Below are positions 1-10,933 of a stretch of 64,000 bases of DNA, one piece after another. The stretch comes from an uncultured Sulfuricurvum sp. (GTDB taxonomy: Bacteria; Campylobacterota; Campylobacteria; Campylobacterales; Sulfurimonadaceae): positions 840 through 64,839 of the forward strand of contig CAIMUF010000052.1 of the NCBI GenBank assembly GCA_903844635.1. Reading direction: 5' to 3'. Every line of letters begins with the position of its first letter. Position 1 is the first letter of the stretch. Both the position numbers and the translations under genes were made by a program. The notes under the pieces are model-generated. The model was not told the origin of the DNA. It did no database searches and was given only the letters and a program-made list of their open reading frames with translations.

Positions 1-34
1 CGAGCATAAACGTAATTACTGATTTGAAGCACAG

Positions 35-424
35 TTATTTTTGCTTATCAGTCACAATATAAAGCTGTTCATGTCCTAAACGCTTGAGTACGTCCATAAC
101 CCCGACGAAATTTTGAAATGCGGCGTCTTTATCACTGTAGAGAACGACCGTCATCTCTTTACCGCCTTTAACAACGTTTTGCTCAAACACTTCTAATGTT
201 ATCGGTGCTTTTTCCTCACCCATTAAAAGTGTTCCGTCTTTTTGAATGGTAAGCTTGAGCTCACTTGGTTTATGCTCTGCCACTGAGCCTTTTGCATTAG
301 GAAGATCAACAGGGATGACTCCGGTTTTGATAAAGGTTGCAGTAGTAAGTACCATCACCAATAACACAAGCATAATATCGATAAAAGGGATAACGTTGAT
401 CGTATCCATACGTTTCATTTTCAT
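35..424 (-). CDS. exbD: Biopolymer transport protein ExbD/TolR
   Basis: N-terminal INVIPFIDIMLVLL motif followed by VDLP; adjacent to exbB. Confidence 0.9.
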   Translation of the reverse strand: MKMKRMDTINVIPFIDIMLVLLVMVLTTATFIKTGVIPVDLPNAKGSVAEHKPSELKLTIQKDGTLLMGEEKAPITLEVFEQNVVKGGKEMTVVLYSDKDAAFQNFVGVMDVLKRLGHEQLYIVTDKQK

Positions 425-427
425 GAT

Positions 428-871
428 TTAACCTTTATTCTTTACATCCCACATCGTGAGGAGTCTCTCCATCTTACGAAGCAAAATATTGTAAAAAACA
501 ATAGCCGGAATTGCTACGACGAGACCCATTGCCGTAGCTTTGAGTGCCAAGGCTAACCCTGTCATGATTTTTTTAGGGTCAACTGCCCCTACATCTCCAA
601 GAGAATAAAACGTAATCATAATCCCTAAAACCGTACCGAGCAATCCGACATACGGAGCATTAGAAGCGATAGTCGCAATCGTAGAAACATTATCTCCCAA
701 ATCAAGCTCAAGCTCTTCTTTAGTTGCATAATCCTCAATACGAACAGAACCATAACTCATCAATCGCTCGATAAATAACGTCAACGATGCGATGCTCATC
801 AACACCAAAATACCAATAATTCCATAATCCACTGCCATGTGCGCAAATTCCAACATGTTGCTATTTTCCAT
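428..871 (-). CDS. exbB: MotA/TolQ/ExbB proton channel protein
   Basis: TIASNAPYVGLLGTVLGIM and ALKATAMGLVVAIPA motifs. Confidence 0.9.
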   Translation of the reverse strand: MENSNMLEFAHMAVDYGIIGILVLMSIASLTLFIERLMSYGSVRIEDYATKEELELDLGDNVSTIATIASNAPYVGLLGTVLGIMITFYSLGDVGAVDPKKIMTGLALALKATAMGLVVAIPAIVFYNILLRKMERLLTMWDVKNKG

Positions 872-1703
872 TTTTACCCCTATTAAATTCTAATGTAATA
901 CACGTTCCCTCACCTAATCGGGACTGAACGCTTAATGCAATACGATATCGATCACAGTATTTTTTAACAAGCCCAAGCCCAATACCGTATCCCGCCATTG
1001 TCTTATCACTTTGATAATATCGATCAAATATACGCATAAGTGTCACCTCATCCATCCCATCACCGGTATCACAAATACGCAACGTATTTTTCGTTAACAT
1101 AATGGTGATCTTTGGAAGTCCGGATGAGTATTTAACCCCATTATCCACAAGATTATCAATGACTTTTGCCAAACCGATTCGATCAAGCTCAACCTCAAGC
1201 GGCTCACATTCACGTTGCCACTGAGCAGAGGGATAAAGCCCGCTTAAAAAAGAGACGCGCTCTTCAATCAATTTACAAAGATCAAAGCACTCGATAACTT
1301 CTTTCTCCATCTGTTTTTTTATCAAATAATCAAGCTCATTATATCGTTCTTTTAACATCTTAGCAGCCAACTCAATCCGCTCAAGCCGTTTTTGACTTTT
1401 TTCATCCTCATGCGTTTTTCGCAACATCGCTACATTGGCAGTGATCGTGTTGATGGGGAGATTAAGTTCATGCAAGGTCTCTTTGGAAAAACGATCGAGA
1501 TGATAAAAATGTTCTTTAAGCGGTTCAATCGCTATTTTAGAGAGAATCTTACCCAAACCGATCGAACCCACTAAACTACCAAAAGCAATCACACCCCATT
1601 GATTGACATGGGCGATTTCATGCAAGGCATAAATAACTGCAACAATAACCGCAACCCCCATCACGAACAGGGATATAAGAGCAATCTCAACGCTACGAAA
1701 CAA
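861..1703 (-). CDS. Two-component sensor histidine kinase
   Basis: H-box HELNLP, N-box NLVDNGVKY, DTGDGM, GYGIGLG. Likely TTG start at 1703 overlapping the response regulator stop (the ORF track starts at 1823). Confidence 0.85.
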   Translation of the reverse strand: MFRSVEIALISLFVMGVAVIVAVIYALHEIAHVNQWGVIAFGSLVGSIGLGKILSKIAIEPLKEHFYHLDRFSKETLHELNLPINTITANVAMLRKTHEDEKSQKRLERIELAAKMLKERYNELDYLIKKQMEKEVIECFDLCKLIEERVSFLSGLYPSAQWQRECEPLEVELDRIGLAKVIDNLVDNGVKYSSGLPKITIMLTKNTLRICDTGDGMDEVTLMRIFDRYYQSDKTMAGYGIGLGLVKKYCDRYRIALSVQSRLGEGTCITLEFNRGKNGK

Positions 1704-2358
1704 GTCGATACCCCATGCCGCGAACATTAAGAATCCGCTCATTACCGATTTCTTGTTTAAGTCGGTTGATGTAGACGCGGATTGCCCCTTCGCTGATCGA
1801 CTCGGAAGCACTCCACAACGCATCCATCATCATTTCTTTGGTCACTACTTCGCCTGCATTTTGAATCAGCAATGCCATCAACAGATATTCTTTAGGAGAA
1901 AAAATTATCTCATTTCCGTCCAAAAGAATCGATTTATGATACGTATCCAAACACAATTCACCCGCACAATAACGATTATTTACCGATCCTCTGCGACGCA
2001 ATAGTGCATGAATACGCAAAAGCAGCTCATCCGTTTCAAACGGTTTTTTCAGATAATCATCCGCTCCGTTCTCATACGCTTCACGTAAAACCGTTGCATC
2101 TTTATGAGACGTTAGATAAATAGCCGGTGTTTCATCCAATGATCCCCGAAGTTCTTTGAGCAATGAAAGACCATCGATTAAAGGGACGTTAATATCGAGA
2201 AGATAAAGGTCATATCGTGATTCGAAGGTTGCATTGAGTGCTTCTTGACCGTTACGGCATAATTGCACGACAAACCCCTCTTCTTCAAGAAAATCCTGGA
2301 TGGATTCACCAAAGAGAAGATCATCTTCAAGAAGGAGAAGTTTAATCGACACGCTCAA
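1693..2358 (-). CDS. OmpR-family response regulator
   Basis: LLLEDD receiver start, DINVP, GADDYLKKPF, C-terminal wHTH VRGMGYRL. Confidence 0.9.
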   Translation of the reverse strand: MSVSIKLLLLEDDLLFGESIQDFLEEEGFVVQLCRNGQEALNATFESRYDLYLLDINVPLIDGLSLLKELRGSLDETPAIYLTSHKDATVLREAYENGADDYLKKPFETDELLLRIHALLRRRGSVNNRYCAGELCLDTYHKSILLDGNEIIFSPKEYLLMALLIQNAGEVVTKEMMMDALWSASESISEGAIRVYINRLKQEIGNERILNVRGMGYRLVS

Positions 2359-3349
2359 TCGACCATGTTAATGTTTCTCCCGCTCTCATAGGGACAACTT
2401 CACCGTACATCTCAGGGACAACAAAATCTCTTTTAGAGAGGACAACTTCTTTGTATTCAGCACAAATCCCATATATTCTTTGCGCGTTATCACTGATAAA
2501 GGCTTGTAAATTATCCAACTTATTGTGTGCATCAAAAATCTCACACAACAGTTGCAATGCAATCGGAGCAGTAAAGACTCCTGCCCCGCATCCGCACGCT
2601 TCTTTTGCATGTTTTGGGTGCGGAGCGGAATCAGAGCCGAACATCACTTTCGGATGGGCTTCAAGCGCTATTTTGAGTAATGCGGCACGATCCTCTGGAC
2701 GCTTGGCAATTGGTTTACAGAATAAATGAGGACGTAACATCCCGCCTGCAACATCATCGAGCGTAATCATCAAGTGATGGACGGTGATCGTCGCATAGAG
2801 ATTTTCATACCGATCCAACATCTCTACTGCCGCGCATGTCGTGATATGTTCCATAATGATTTTGAGTTTCGGAAAATTAAGAGCAAGTTTCTCATACACA
2901 CTCATAAACTCGGCTTCGCGATCCATCACAAAACCTTGTGTCTCTCCATGTACACAAAGGACAATCCCCAAATCGCTCATTGCTTCTAATGTTTCACGCA
3001 TCGGTTCAATGTCAAAACTAACGACTCCGCCCTCAGAATTCGTCGTTGCACCGCTGGGATAGATTTTGATTGCGGTGATGTAATCTTGAACACTTTCCAA
3101 AAACTCACGGTTGTAATTTTGGTAAAATAGAGTCATGTATGGCTCAAAATCATCCGATTCCATCGCTACTTTGATACGATGACGATACGCTTTTACTGCT
3201 TCAAGGGTTGTCACAGGCGGAACGAGATTGGGCATCACTAACGCACCGCTAAACGTGTACGACGTGAGAGGTGCAACGATACTGAGCATATCACCATCCC
3301 GTAGGTGTACGTGCATGTCCAGTGGCATTGTGAGGGTTACAGTTTGCAT
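2342..3349 (-). CDS. pyrC: Dihydroorotase
   Basis: DMHVHLRDG, MPNLVPP, HLFCKP, GSDSAPH motifs. Confidence 0.95.
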   Translation of the reverse strand: MQTVTLTMPLDMHVHLRDGDMLSIVAPLTSYTFSGALVMPNLVPPVTTLEAVKAYRHRIKVAMESDDFEPYMTLFYQNYNREFLESVQDYITAIKIYPSGATTNSEGGVVSFDIEPMRETLEAMSDLGIVLCVHGETQGFVMDREAEFMSVYEKLALNFPKLKIIMEHITTCAAVEMLDRYENLYATITVHHLMITLDDVAGGMLRPHLFCKPIAKRPEDRAALLKIALEAHPKVMFGSDSAPHPKHAKEACGCGAGVFTAPIALQLLCEIFDAHNKLDNLQAFISDNAQRIYGICAEYKEVVLSKRDFVVPEMYGEVVPMRAGETLTWSIERVD

Positions 3350-3351
3350 GA

Positions 3352-4722
3352 CTAGACCTTGAGTTGGGTTTGTGCTTCTTGGATAAGCGCATTGAGTGCA
3401 TTTTCATAGCGTACGGCTTCGGGCTCTTCGGTGGATTCAAAACGCGTTACTAGTACAGGAGTCGTATTGCTAGCGCGTACCAAACCCCATCCTTTATCAA
3501 ATATAACTCGAACACCGTCTACTTCAATAATCTCACGGATAGTTGGAAAATCAGCAGGAGGATTTTTTAAGAGTTCTTTGAGTTTATCGATGAGAGCAAA
3601 TTTTTCGTGCTCTGTCGTTTTGACTTTGATTTCTTCGGTGGAAAACACTTTTGGAAGTTTTGCAATTTCAGCATCAAGATCAATCCCGTCATGAATCAGT
3701 TCAAGCATCCGCAACGTTGCATAAATCGCATCGTCATATCCAAAATAACGATCCGCAAAGAAAACATGCCCGCTTACTTCACATGCCAAATCGGCATGCA
3801 GTTCTTTCATTTTGACTTTGAGATTGGAGTGCCCGGTTTTGTACATCACGGCCGTTGCACCGCGCTCACGTAACGTGTCGTACATCACTTGAGAACATTT
3901 CACTTCACCAATAACGATCGGATTTTTCATCTTCAGCGCAAATAACAGCGCCATCATGTCGCCTTTGATATTATTTTTGTGGGTCAATACCGCGATACGA
4001 TCACTGTCGCCGTCGTACGCAAAAGCAATATCGCCGCGCTCGGCTAACACTTTCTTAATATCATGAAGATTGTGCTCTTCACTAGGATCAGGGTGATGGT
4101 TTGGGAATGTTCCGTCTGGATCGACATAAATACCAAACGTATCCAGTTCAAGCGCACTGAAAATATCCACCAAACCTAGTCCTGCCACACCGTTACCGCA
4201 GTCATAAACAATCTTTTCTTTCATCCCGCGCAAATGTGCAAATTCTTTAATCATATAGGCTTTGTATCGACTCAAAGCATCGATTTCAACAACGTCACGC
4301 GGTGTTTTAAGAGGAAATGGAAGGATGTCAATCGTTCGCCCAAGAGCATAAATGGATTCACCGAAAAAAGGAAGTTTGTTAATGGTAATTTTAAACCCGT
4401 TGTATTCGCTCGGATTGTGAGAGCCGGTAATCATCACCGAAGCGCACGCCGTTTTTCCATCAAACTCTTGATAATTGCAAAAATAATTCACCGGAGTAGG
4501 AACCATCCCCATCCCCAAAACTTTCATACCGCCTGCATTCAGACCTGCTGTGAGATATTCAAACAAAATCGGAGAGTGAGAACGGGCATCATACCCAACT
4601 GCAACGTATTCACCGTACGGACGCATCTCATCAGCAAGAGCATAACCCAAGCGAGTAATCGTCTCTTCGTTAAGCTCTTCTTCAAAAATTCCCCGAATGT
4701 CATATTCACGATAAATACTCAT
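3352..4722 (-). CDS. Phosphomannomutase/phosphoglucomutase
   Basis: YREYDIRG, TGSHNP, DGDSDR, GLVRASNT motifs. Confidence 0.93.
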   Translation of the reverse strand: MSIYREYDIRGIFEEELNEETITRLGYALADEMRPYGEYVAVGYDARSHSPILFEYLTAGLNAGGMKVLGMGMVPTPVNYFCNYQEFDGKTACASVMITGSHNPSEYNGFKITINKLPFFGESIYALGRTIDILPFPLKTPRDVVEIDALSRYKAYMIKEFAHLRGMKEKIVYDCGNGVAGLGLVDIFSALELDTFGIYVDPDGTFPNHHPDPSEEHNLHDIKKVLAERGDIAFAYDGDSDRIAVLTHKNNIKGDMMALLFALKMKNPIVIGEVKCSQVMYDTLRERGATAVMYKTGHSNLKVKMKELHADLACEVSGHVFFADRYFGYDDAIYATLRMLELIHDGIDLDAEIAKLPKVFSTEEIKVKTTEHEKFALIDKLKELLKNPPADFPTIREIIEVDGVRVIFDKGWGLVRASNTTPVLVTRFESTEEPEAVRYENALNALIQEAQTQLKV

Positions 4723-4849
4723 AGCTGCCCTTTTAAATCAATATTAACAAATTATACAACGCGGTGGTTAAAAGAGTCTTTTGTGGAGCAAAAAAGCCCC
4801 ATGGAAGAATAGTAAAGAAGTGTTAAGAAAGTTTAAAAAGCGCGGATTC

Positions 4850-4993
4850 TGCGCGTGGGCTTCCCGCCGAGGGAAACCTAGTGTTAACATGAGAAGCGTA
4901 ATCGAAGTGAGAAACCTCACGTCGATAGGTTCGGAACCAAAGGCGAAGGGCTTGCCCCGCCAAAGGCTAAGTCGGGACGCGTTCCGATGACGT
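4850..4993 (+). repeat. Structured ~140-bp intergenic element, copy 1 (possible ncRNA or non-autonomous mobile element)
   Basis: Homologous to 6289-6424 with compensatory changes in several hairpins; identical cores GTGAGAAACCTCAC and GATAGGTTCGGAACC. Confidence 0.8.
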
Positions 4994-4999
4994 ATAAAA

Positions 5000-6178
5000 T
5001 TAAATTGCGCGTTTAAACTCAGGATAGGCTTCGAGTCCGCATTCGCTGACATCAAGACCCTGCTGCTGTTCCTCATCGGTTGCACGGAATACAAACACTT
5101 TATTGATAAGGTAAATAACAACAAACGAAACAGTGAATACAAACACGGCAATCTCCGCTACCCCTTTAAGCTGATTCAAAAAGGTGATATTTTTCGCCGC
5201 ATCGCTCGCAAAAATTCCCACGGCAAGTGTTCCCCAAATACCGTTGACGAGGTGAACAGAAAGCGCTCCTACAGGATCATCAATACGCACTTTATCAAAC
5301 AACGGAATCGCAACAACAACTAAAATACCGCCGATGAAACCTACGGCTAACGCGTCATAAAGGGTAAATAAATGTGCCCCAGCCGTTACCGCAACCAATC
5401 CGCCCAGTGCACCGTTGAGAATCATCGTGATATCAAAAAGTTTATAGCGGACATAAATTAAAATTCCGGCAGATATTGCTCCGGCAAGACCTGCAATATT
5501 GGTGTTAAAAATCGTCAGTGCGACACTGTCTGCTAACTCTTTGGTCGAAATACCACCCACAGAACCGCCGTTAAATCCAAACCATCCGATCCATAATAAC
5601 ATTGCGCCCAAAACGACGAGAGGAATATTGGATGCAGGAATCACACGCATTTGACCATGAACGTATCGACCCTTCCGTGATCCGATGACTAGAATTGCTG
5701 CGAGCAACGCCCATCCGCCTGTGGAATGGATCACGGTAGAACCCGCCAAATCAACCATATTCAAATCAAAAATTGTCTCTTTAAGCCAATCACTTCCCCA
5801 GCTGATATTAACGGCTGTCGGATAGATAAATGCACCCATAATAATGGTAAACAGCGTTAACGGCAACAATCTTGTCCGTTCACCGACACCACCGCTCATA
5901 ATGTTAATCGCTTTACCGACAAATGCCATCTGAAACATAAAAAATGCCCATTTGCTCATCGTCGCACTTTGCAATTCACCAAAAGCCAATGTGTATCCGA
6001 CCAAAATAAACGCCATAGAAGCCACAGCATAAATCATCACGTTGACAGTCAAGACACTGGAAACGTTTTTTGTCCGAACCAAACCTGCTTCGAGCATCGC
6101 GAATCCGGGAACCATTAAAATAATAAGAGTAATAGAGAAGAGGGTAAAGAGGGTATCGATAACGTACGCAGTATCCAT
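5000..6178 (-). CDS. amt: Ammonium transporter (Amt family, short paralog)
   Basis: DLAGSTVIH, WFGFNGGS, DDPVGALSVH; twin His retained. Confidence 0.93.
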   Translation of the reverse strand: MDTAYVIDTLFTLFSITLIILMVPGFAMLEAGLVRTKNVSSVLTVNVMIYAVASMAFILVGYTLAFGELQSATMSKWAFFMFQMAFVGKAINIMSGGVGERTRLLPLTLFTIIMGAFIYPTAVNISWGSDWLKETIFDLNMVDLAGSTVIHSTGGWALLAAILVIGSRKGRYVHGQMRVIPASNIPLVVLGAMLLWIGWFGFNGGSVGGISTKELADSVALTIFNTNIAGLAGAISAGILIYVRYKLFDITMILNGALGGLVAVTAGAHLFTLYDALAVGFIGGILVVVAIPLFDKVRIDDPVGALSVHLVNGIWGTLAVGIFASDAAKNITFLNQLKGVAEIAVFVFTVSFVVIYLINKVFVFRATDEEQQQGLDVSECGLEAYPEFKRAI

Positions 6179-6210
6179 GCAACACCTTTGATTTTAAACT
6201 AAAGGTGTGC

Positions 6211-6265
6211 ATTATATATCCAATTAAATGGATTTGAGAAGAAGTAGTGATTAAAATTTAATCAC
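6211..6265 (-). promoter_or_regulatory. Putative sigma70 -10 (TATAAT, 6211-6216) and upstream palindromic operator (6247-6265) of amt
   Basis: GTGATTAAAATTTAATCAC near-perfect palindrome 30 nt upstream of the -10; 18/19 identical copy at 8305-8323. Confidence 0.6.
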
Positions 6266-6288
6266 TATAGAAAAAAAGCACATAAATG

Positions 6289-6424
6289 TGCGCGGGCTCA
6301 CTGCCGAAGTGAACCCAGTGTTAGCATGAGAACCGTCATCGGAGTGAGAAACCTCACTCTGATAGGTTCGGAACCGAAAGCGAAGGTTCATCACGCTGAA
6401 GGCAGGGACGAGTTTCGATTGCGT
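6289..6424 (+). repeat. Structured ~140-bp intergenic element, copy 2
   Basis: Homologous to 4850-4993; abuts the PII gene stop codon. Confidence 0.8.
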
Positions 6425-6428
6425 GTTA

Positions 6429-6788
<360 letters not shown>

Positions 6789-6849
6789 TTAGAAAACTCA
6801 AGACTGTGGTCAAAAAATCTGCCTCGTAAAAGGCAAGCTTTAGTGCCAT

Positions 6850-6891
6850 AGCGGCTAGCGTAGCCAAAGGGATGAATTCCTTTGGCGTTCA
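6850..6891. repeat. 42-bp double-hairpin REP-like repeat, copy 1
   Basis: AGCGGCTAGCGTAGCCAAAGGGATGAATTCCTTTGGCGTTCA; 37/42 identical to 62707-62748. Confidence 0.8.
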
Positions 6892-6899
6892 ATTATGGT

Positions 6900-8228
6900 T
6901 TATAAATTAAACCCACGTTCACCGTGAACTGATTCATCAAGACCCATGCTCTCTTCTTCTTCATTCACACGTGATCCACCTGTAATTGCCATAGCGATAT
7001 AATACACTACAACCGTTCCAATCAAGGTAAATGCACCAACAAGTGCTACCGATTCAAGTTGAACCATGATTTGTCCCATACGATCACCTGATGCTTTAAG
7101 AGGACCATCCCAAAGCAATGCTTTATCGTTTACAGCGAAGATACCCGTTGCAATCGCACCCCAAAGACCAGCGATAAAGTGAACACCAAACGCATCCAAA
7201 CTATCATCATAACCCAATTTCTTCTTCATAACCATGACACCGAAGAATGCAACGATTGCACCCGTAACCCCGATAATGAAAGCTCCTGGAACCAAAACAA
7301 ATCCTGCAGCTGGTGTAATCGCAACAAGTCCAGCAATGGCACCTGTAGCCGCACCTAGTAGTGTTGCTTTTTTGAATACCATATATTCCAATAAGATCCA
7401 TGTAATTGTAGCAATAGATGCAGCGATAGTTGTTGTCAAATACGCAACACCAGCGATTGCATTAGCACCAAACGCTGATCCGCCGTTAAAGCCGTACCAA
7501 CCGAACCATAGTAATCCTGCACCAAGAGCTGTCAAAATAACACTCGCAGGCTTCATCGCTGTTTTTGGATAACCGGCACGCTTGCCAACCAAAAGAGCTA
7601 ATACTAATCCAGCTAAACCACCATTCATATGAACAACGGTACCACCAGCGAAGTCAAGAGCACCTTCGTTGAAAAGGTAACCGCCACCCCATACCATGTG
7701 TGCAATAGGAGCATAAACTGCCAAAACCCAAATCGCAACAAACACCATCCATGTAGAGAACTTTATACGCTCAATTACTGAACCTGCTGCAATTGCAACA
7801 GTAATGGCTGCAAACGTCCCTTGGAAAACAACAAACACATATTTAGGGTAAAGCTGACCCAATTGAACACTAGAAAAATCTGTCCAAGCGATACCATTAA
7901 GCATAACATTGCCAAATCCGCCGATCACTTGATTTAACGGTCCTTCCATTGTCCCAAACGCGAGTGAGTATCCTGCGATAATCCAAACGATAAAACCAAC
8001 AGTAAACGCACCAAAAACCATCGCGTAGGTATTAAGCACATTTTTTGCTCTCGTCATACCGCCGTAAAACAGCGCCAATCCAACTGGTGTCATAAGCATT
8101 ACTAATGCTGTTGACATCATCATCCACGCTGTATCACCTGAATTAAGTACAGGTTCGACCACAGCAGCCGCATCTTCTGCCAATGCCAACATAGGCAAAA
8201 ACAATAATGATAGAATGAATTTCTTCAT
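6900..8228 (-). CDS. amtB: Ammonium transporter AmtB
   Basis: Signal-like N-terminus, NSGDTAW, DFAGGTVVH, WYGFNGGS, DDSLDAFGVH. Confidence 0.95.
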   Translation of the reverse strand: MKKFILSLLFLPMLALAEDAAAVVEPVLNSGDTAWMMMSTALVMLMTPVGLALFYGGMTRAKNVLNTYAMVFGAFTVGFIVWIIAGYSLAFGTMEGPLNQVIGGFGNVMLNGIAWTDFSSVQLGQLYPKYVFVVFQGTFAAITVAIAAGSVIERIKFSTWMVFVAIWVLAVYAPIAHMVWGGGYLFNEGALDFAGGTVVHMNGGLAGLVLALLVGKRAGYPKTAMKPASVILTALGAGLLWFGWYGFNGGSAFGANAIAGVAYLTTTIAASIATITWILLEYMVFKKATLLGAATGAIAGLVAITPAAGFVLVPGAFIIGVTGAIVAFFGVMVMKKKLGYDDSLDAFGVHFIAGLWGAIATGIFAVNDKALLWDGPLKASGDRMGQIMVQLESVALVGAFTLIGTVVVYYIAMAITGGSRVNEEEESMGLDESVHGERGFNL

Positions 8229-8267
8229 CTTTACTCCTTTAAATGTGTTATCAAAAACTCAACCACC

Positions 8268-8323
8268 ATTCTACATACAAAACAAAGCAGTTATCTGTGA
8301 ATAAGTGCTTAAAATTTAATCAC
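8268..8323 (-). promoter_or_regulatory. Putative -10 (TAGAAT, 8268-8273) and palindromic operator (8305-8323) of amtB
   Basis: GTGCTTAAAATTTAATCAC lies 31 nt upstream of the -10, mirroring the amt promoter. Confidence 0.55.
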
Positions 8324-8396
8324 CTTCCTCTCTTATGAAGATTAAGTCTCATTTAGCTATAATCGAAAACTTAATCTTCACTTTTTCGGGGACTGC

Positions 8397-10886
8397 ATGA
8401 ACGATTTGCTAGACAACAGCGAAATTCACGATATTAATATAGAAGACACACTCAAGAGTAGTTATCTCGACTATTCGATGAGTGTTATCATCGGGCGGGC
8501 ATTGCCTGACGTACGTGATGGGCTTAAACCGGTTCATAGACGTATTTTGTACGCGATGGACAAACTTAGCCTATCTGCAGGTGCTAAATACAAAAAATCA
8601 GCCCGTATCGTCGGTGACGTAATCGGTCAATACCATCCACATGGTGATACTTCGGTTTATGATGCACTTGTCCGTATGGCACAGCCCTTTGCGATGCGTA
8701 TGCCGCTCGTAGATGGTCAAGGAAACTTTGGTTCCGTCGATGGAGACAATGCAGCAGCCATGCGTTATACCGAAGCACGTATGACCCGCTATGCAGGTGA
8801 ACTTCTCAAAGATCTTGAAAAAGATACCGTCAATATGGTAGAAAACTACGATGGCACAACCGTTGAGCCTGTCGTTCTTCCTGCACGTGTCCCTAATCTT
8901 CTTATTAATGGTTCTAGTGGTATTGCAGTCGGTATGGCTACGAATATCCCTCCTCACAATCCAAAAGAAGTTCTGAGTGCATTGGTCCATCTTATGGACA
9001 ACCCTAATGCTTCTCTCATCGAGATCATGCAGTTTATTAAAGCCCCTGATTTTCCTACCGGTGGAACGATTTACGGTAAAAAAGGGATTTTGGACGCTTA
9101 CGAAACGGGTCGTGGACGTATCCGCGTACGCGCTAAGACTCATATCGAGAAAAAAGCCAATAAAGACGTTATCGTCATCGATGAGCTTCCGTATCAAGTC
9201 AATAAAGCACGTCTTATCGAAACCATCGCTGATTTAGTTAAAGATAAATACATCGAAGGAATCAGCGAAATTCGTGATGAATCGGATCGCGAAGGAATTC
9301 GTGTCGTAATCGAGCTTAAACGTGATGCGATGAGCGAAATCGTTCTCAACAATCTTTACAAATCAACCAATATGGAAACAACATTCGGGATTATTATGCT
9401 TTCGGTTTTCAACCAAGAGCCTCGTATATTCTCACTCCTTGAAATGCTGGGTCATTTTGTCAATCACCGTAAAACTGTCATTATCCGCCGTACGATTTTT
9501 GACCTTGAAAAAGCCAAAGCCCGTGCACACATCTTGGAAGGTTTGAAAAAAGCACTTGATCATATTGAAGCCATCATAAAACTTATTCGTGCAAGCAAAG
9601 ATGGCGAAAACGCTAAAAATGGACTGATTGAAGAGTTTGGTTTCTCTCCTATCCAAGCCCAAGCGATTTTGGATATGCGTCTTCAACGTTTAACAGGATT
9701 AGAGCGTGAAAAAATCGAAAATGAACTCAAAGAAATTTTGGCACACGTTGAATATCTAGAGAGCATACTTAGAAGCGAAGAAGTTCTCAAAGATATTATC
9801 AAAGGTGAATTTGTTGAACTCTTAGAACAGTTTAATATCGATCGCGTCACCGAAATCGAAGACAACTATGACGACATCAACATCGAAGACTTGATCCCAA
9901 ATGAGCCAATGGTTGTTACCATCTCTCACCGTGGTTACATCAAGCGTGTCCCTCTTGTAGCGTACGAAAAACAAAAACGTGGTGGCAAAGGCAAAATCGC
10001 TGCAACCACCTACGATGATGACTTTATCGAAAAATTCTTTACGTGTAATACTCATGATACCTTGATGTTCGTCACCGATCGCGGACAACTCCACTGGCTC
10101 AAAGTGTACAAAATCCCAGAAGGATCACGTACCGCCAAAGGTAAAGCGGTTGTCAATCTTATCAACCTCGAAGCGGATGAGAAAATTCGTTCAATCATCC
10201 CTACAAGCGATTTTGATGAAAACAAATCTCTTGTATTCTTTACTCAAAACGGAGTCGTCAAACGTACAGCTCTGAGTGAGTTTTCAAATGTTCGAAGCAA
10301 TGGAGTGCGTGCGATTGTTCTTGATGATGATGATGCTCTGATTACAGCCTACATCGCAACCGAAGAGACAAAATACCTCTTTATCGTTACGAAATATGCA
10401 CAATGTATCAAATTTGAGATTGAAAAAACCAGAGATCAAGGACGCAGCACTCGCGGTGTTCGTGGTATCAAGTTTAAAATCGAAGGTGACGTAGTAGTAG
10501 ACGCTAACATCATTAAAAATGATGAGCAAGAAATCTTGATGGTGAGTGAAAAAGGGATCGGGAAACGTACAACTGCCGAAGAATACCGTCTCACTAATCG
10601 TGCAGGAACAGGCGTCATCGCAATGAAACTCAATGCTAAAACCGGAACAACGGTTGTAGGATGTCTCATGGTCGATGAAACGATGGATATGATGGCACTG
10701 ACTAAAGCGGGGAAAATGATCCGTGTTGATATGCAAACCATTGCAAAATCCGGACGCAATACCAGCGGTGTTTATATCATCAAAGGTGATGATGTCAAAA
10801 GTATTTCCCGTTGTCCGAAAAAAGAAGATGACGATGAAGATGGAGAAGAAGGTGAAATCGAAGAAGGAACATTAGGTTTGGAATAG
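8397..10886 (+). CDS. gyrA: DNA gyrase subunit A
   Basis: [22 protein letters not shown], GyrA-box QKRGGKG, acidic tail. Confidence 0.98.
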   Translation: MNDLLDNSEIHDINIEDTLKSSYLDYSMSVIIGRALPDVRDGLKPVHRRILYAMDKLSLSAGAKYKKSARIVGDVIGQYHPHGDTSVYDALVRMAQPFAMRMPLVDGQGNFGSVDGDNAAAMRYTEARMTRYAGELLKDLEKDTVNMVENYDGTTVEPVVLPARVPNLLINGSSGIAVGMATNIPPHNPKEVLSALVHLMDNPNASLIEIMQFIKAPDFPTGGTIYGKKGILDAYETGRGRIRVRAKTHIEKKANKDVIVIDELPYQVNKARLIETIADLVKDKYIEGISEIRDESDREGIRVVIELKRDAMSEIVLNNLYKSTNMETTFGIIMLSVFNQEPRIFSLLEMLGHFVNHRKTVIIRRTIFDLEKAKARAHILEGLKKALDHIEAIIKLIRASKDGENAKNGLIEEFGFSPIQAQAILDMRLQRLTGLEREKIENELKEILAHVEYLESILRSEEVLKDIIKGEFVELLEQFNIDRVTEIEDNYDDINIEDLIPNEPMVVTISHRGYIKRVPLVAYEKQKRGGKGKIAATTYDDDFIEKFFTCNTHDTLMFVTDRGQLHWLKVYKIPEGSRTAKGKAVVNLINLEADEKIRSIIPTSDFDENKSLVFFTQNGVVKRTALSEFSNVRSNGVRAIVLDDDDALITAYIATEETKYLFIVTKYAQCIKFEIEKTRDQGRSTRGVRGIKFKIEGDVVVDANIIKNDEQEILMVSEKGIGKRTTAEEYRLTNRAGTGVIAMKLNAKTGTTVVGCLMVDETMDMMALTKAGKMIRVDMQTIAKSGRNTSGVYIIKGDDVKSISRCPKKEDDDEDGEEGEIEEGTLGLE

Positions 10887-10933
10887 TATTTGCTTAAGTC
10901 AGATACTATTTAGCCTATTAAAGGAACCTAACC

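Noticed and set aside
4781-5151. ORFs 4781-4990 (+) and 4768-5151 (-)
   Set aside because: They overlap the structured repeat and amt, have no recognisable motifs, and are probably shadows of GC-rich repeat DNA
4850-6424. Integron attC or group II intron interpretation of the 140-bp elements
   Set aside because: No RYYYAAC/GTTRRRY boxes, no domain V, and no integrase or RT gene; the GTGCG start in copy 2 is not shared by copy 1
6833-6848. Sigma54-like TGGCAC...TTGC upstream of the PII gene (minus strand)
   Set aside because: There are 11 nt between GG and GC rather than the strict 10, so it is not called as a promoter
8598-9197. Long antisense ORFs over gyrA and other housekeeping genes
   Set aside because: They are fully nested opposite well-supported genes and have no motifs; explained by codon bias
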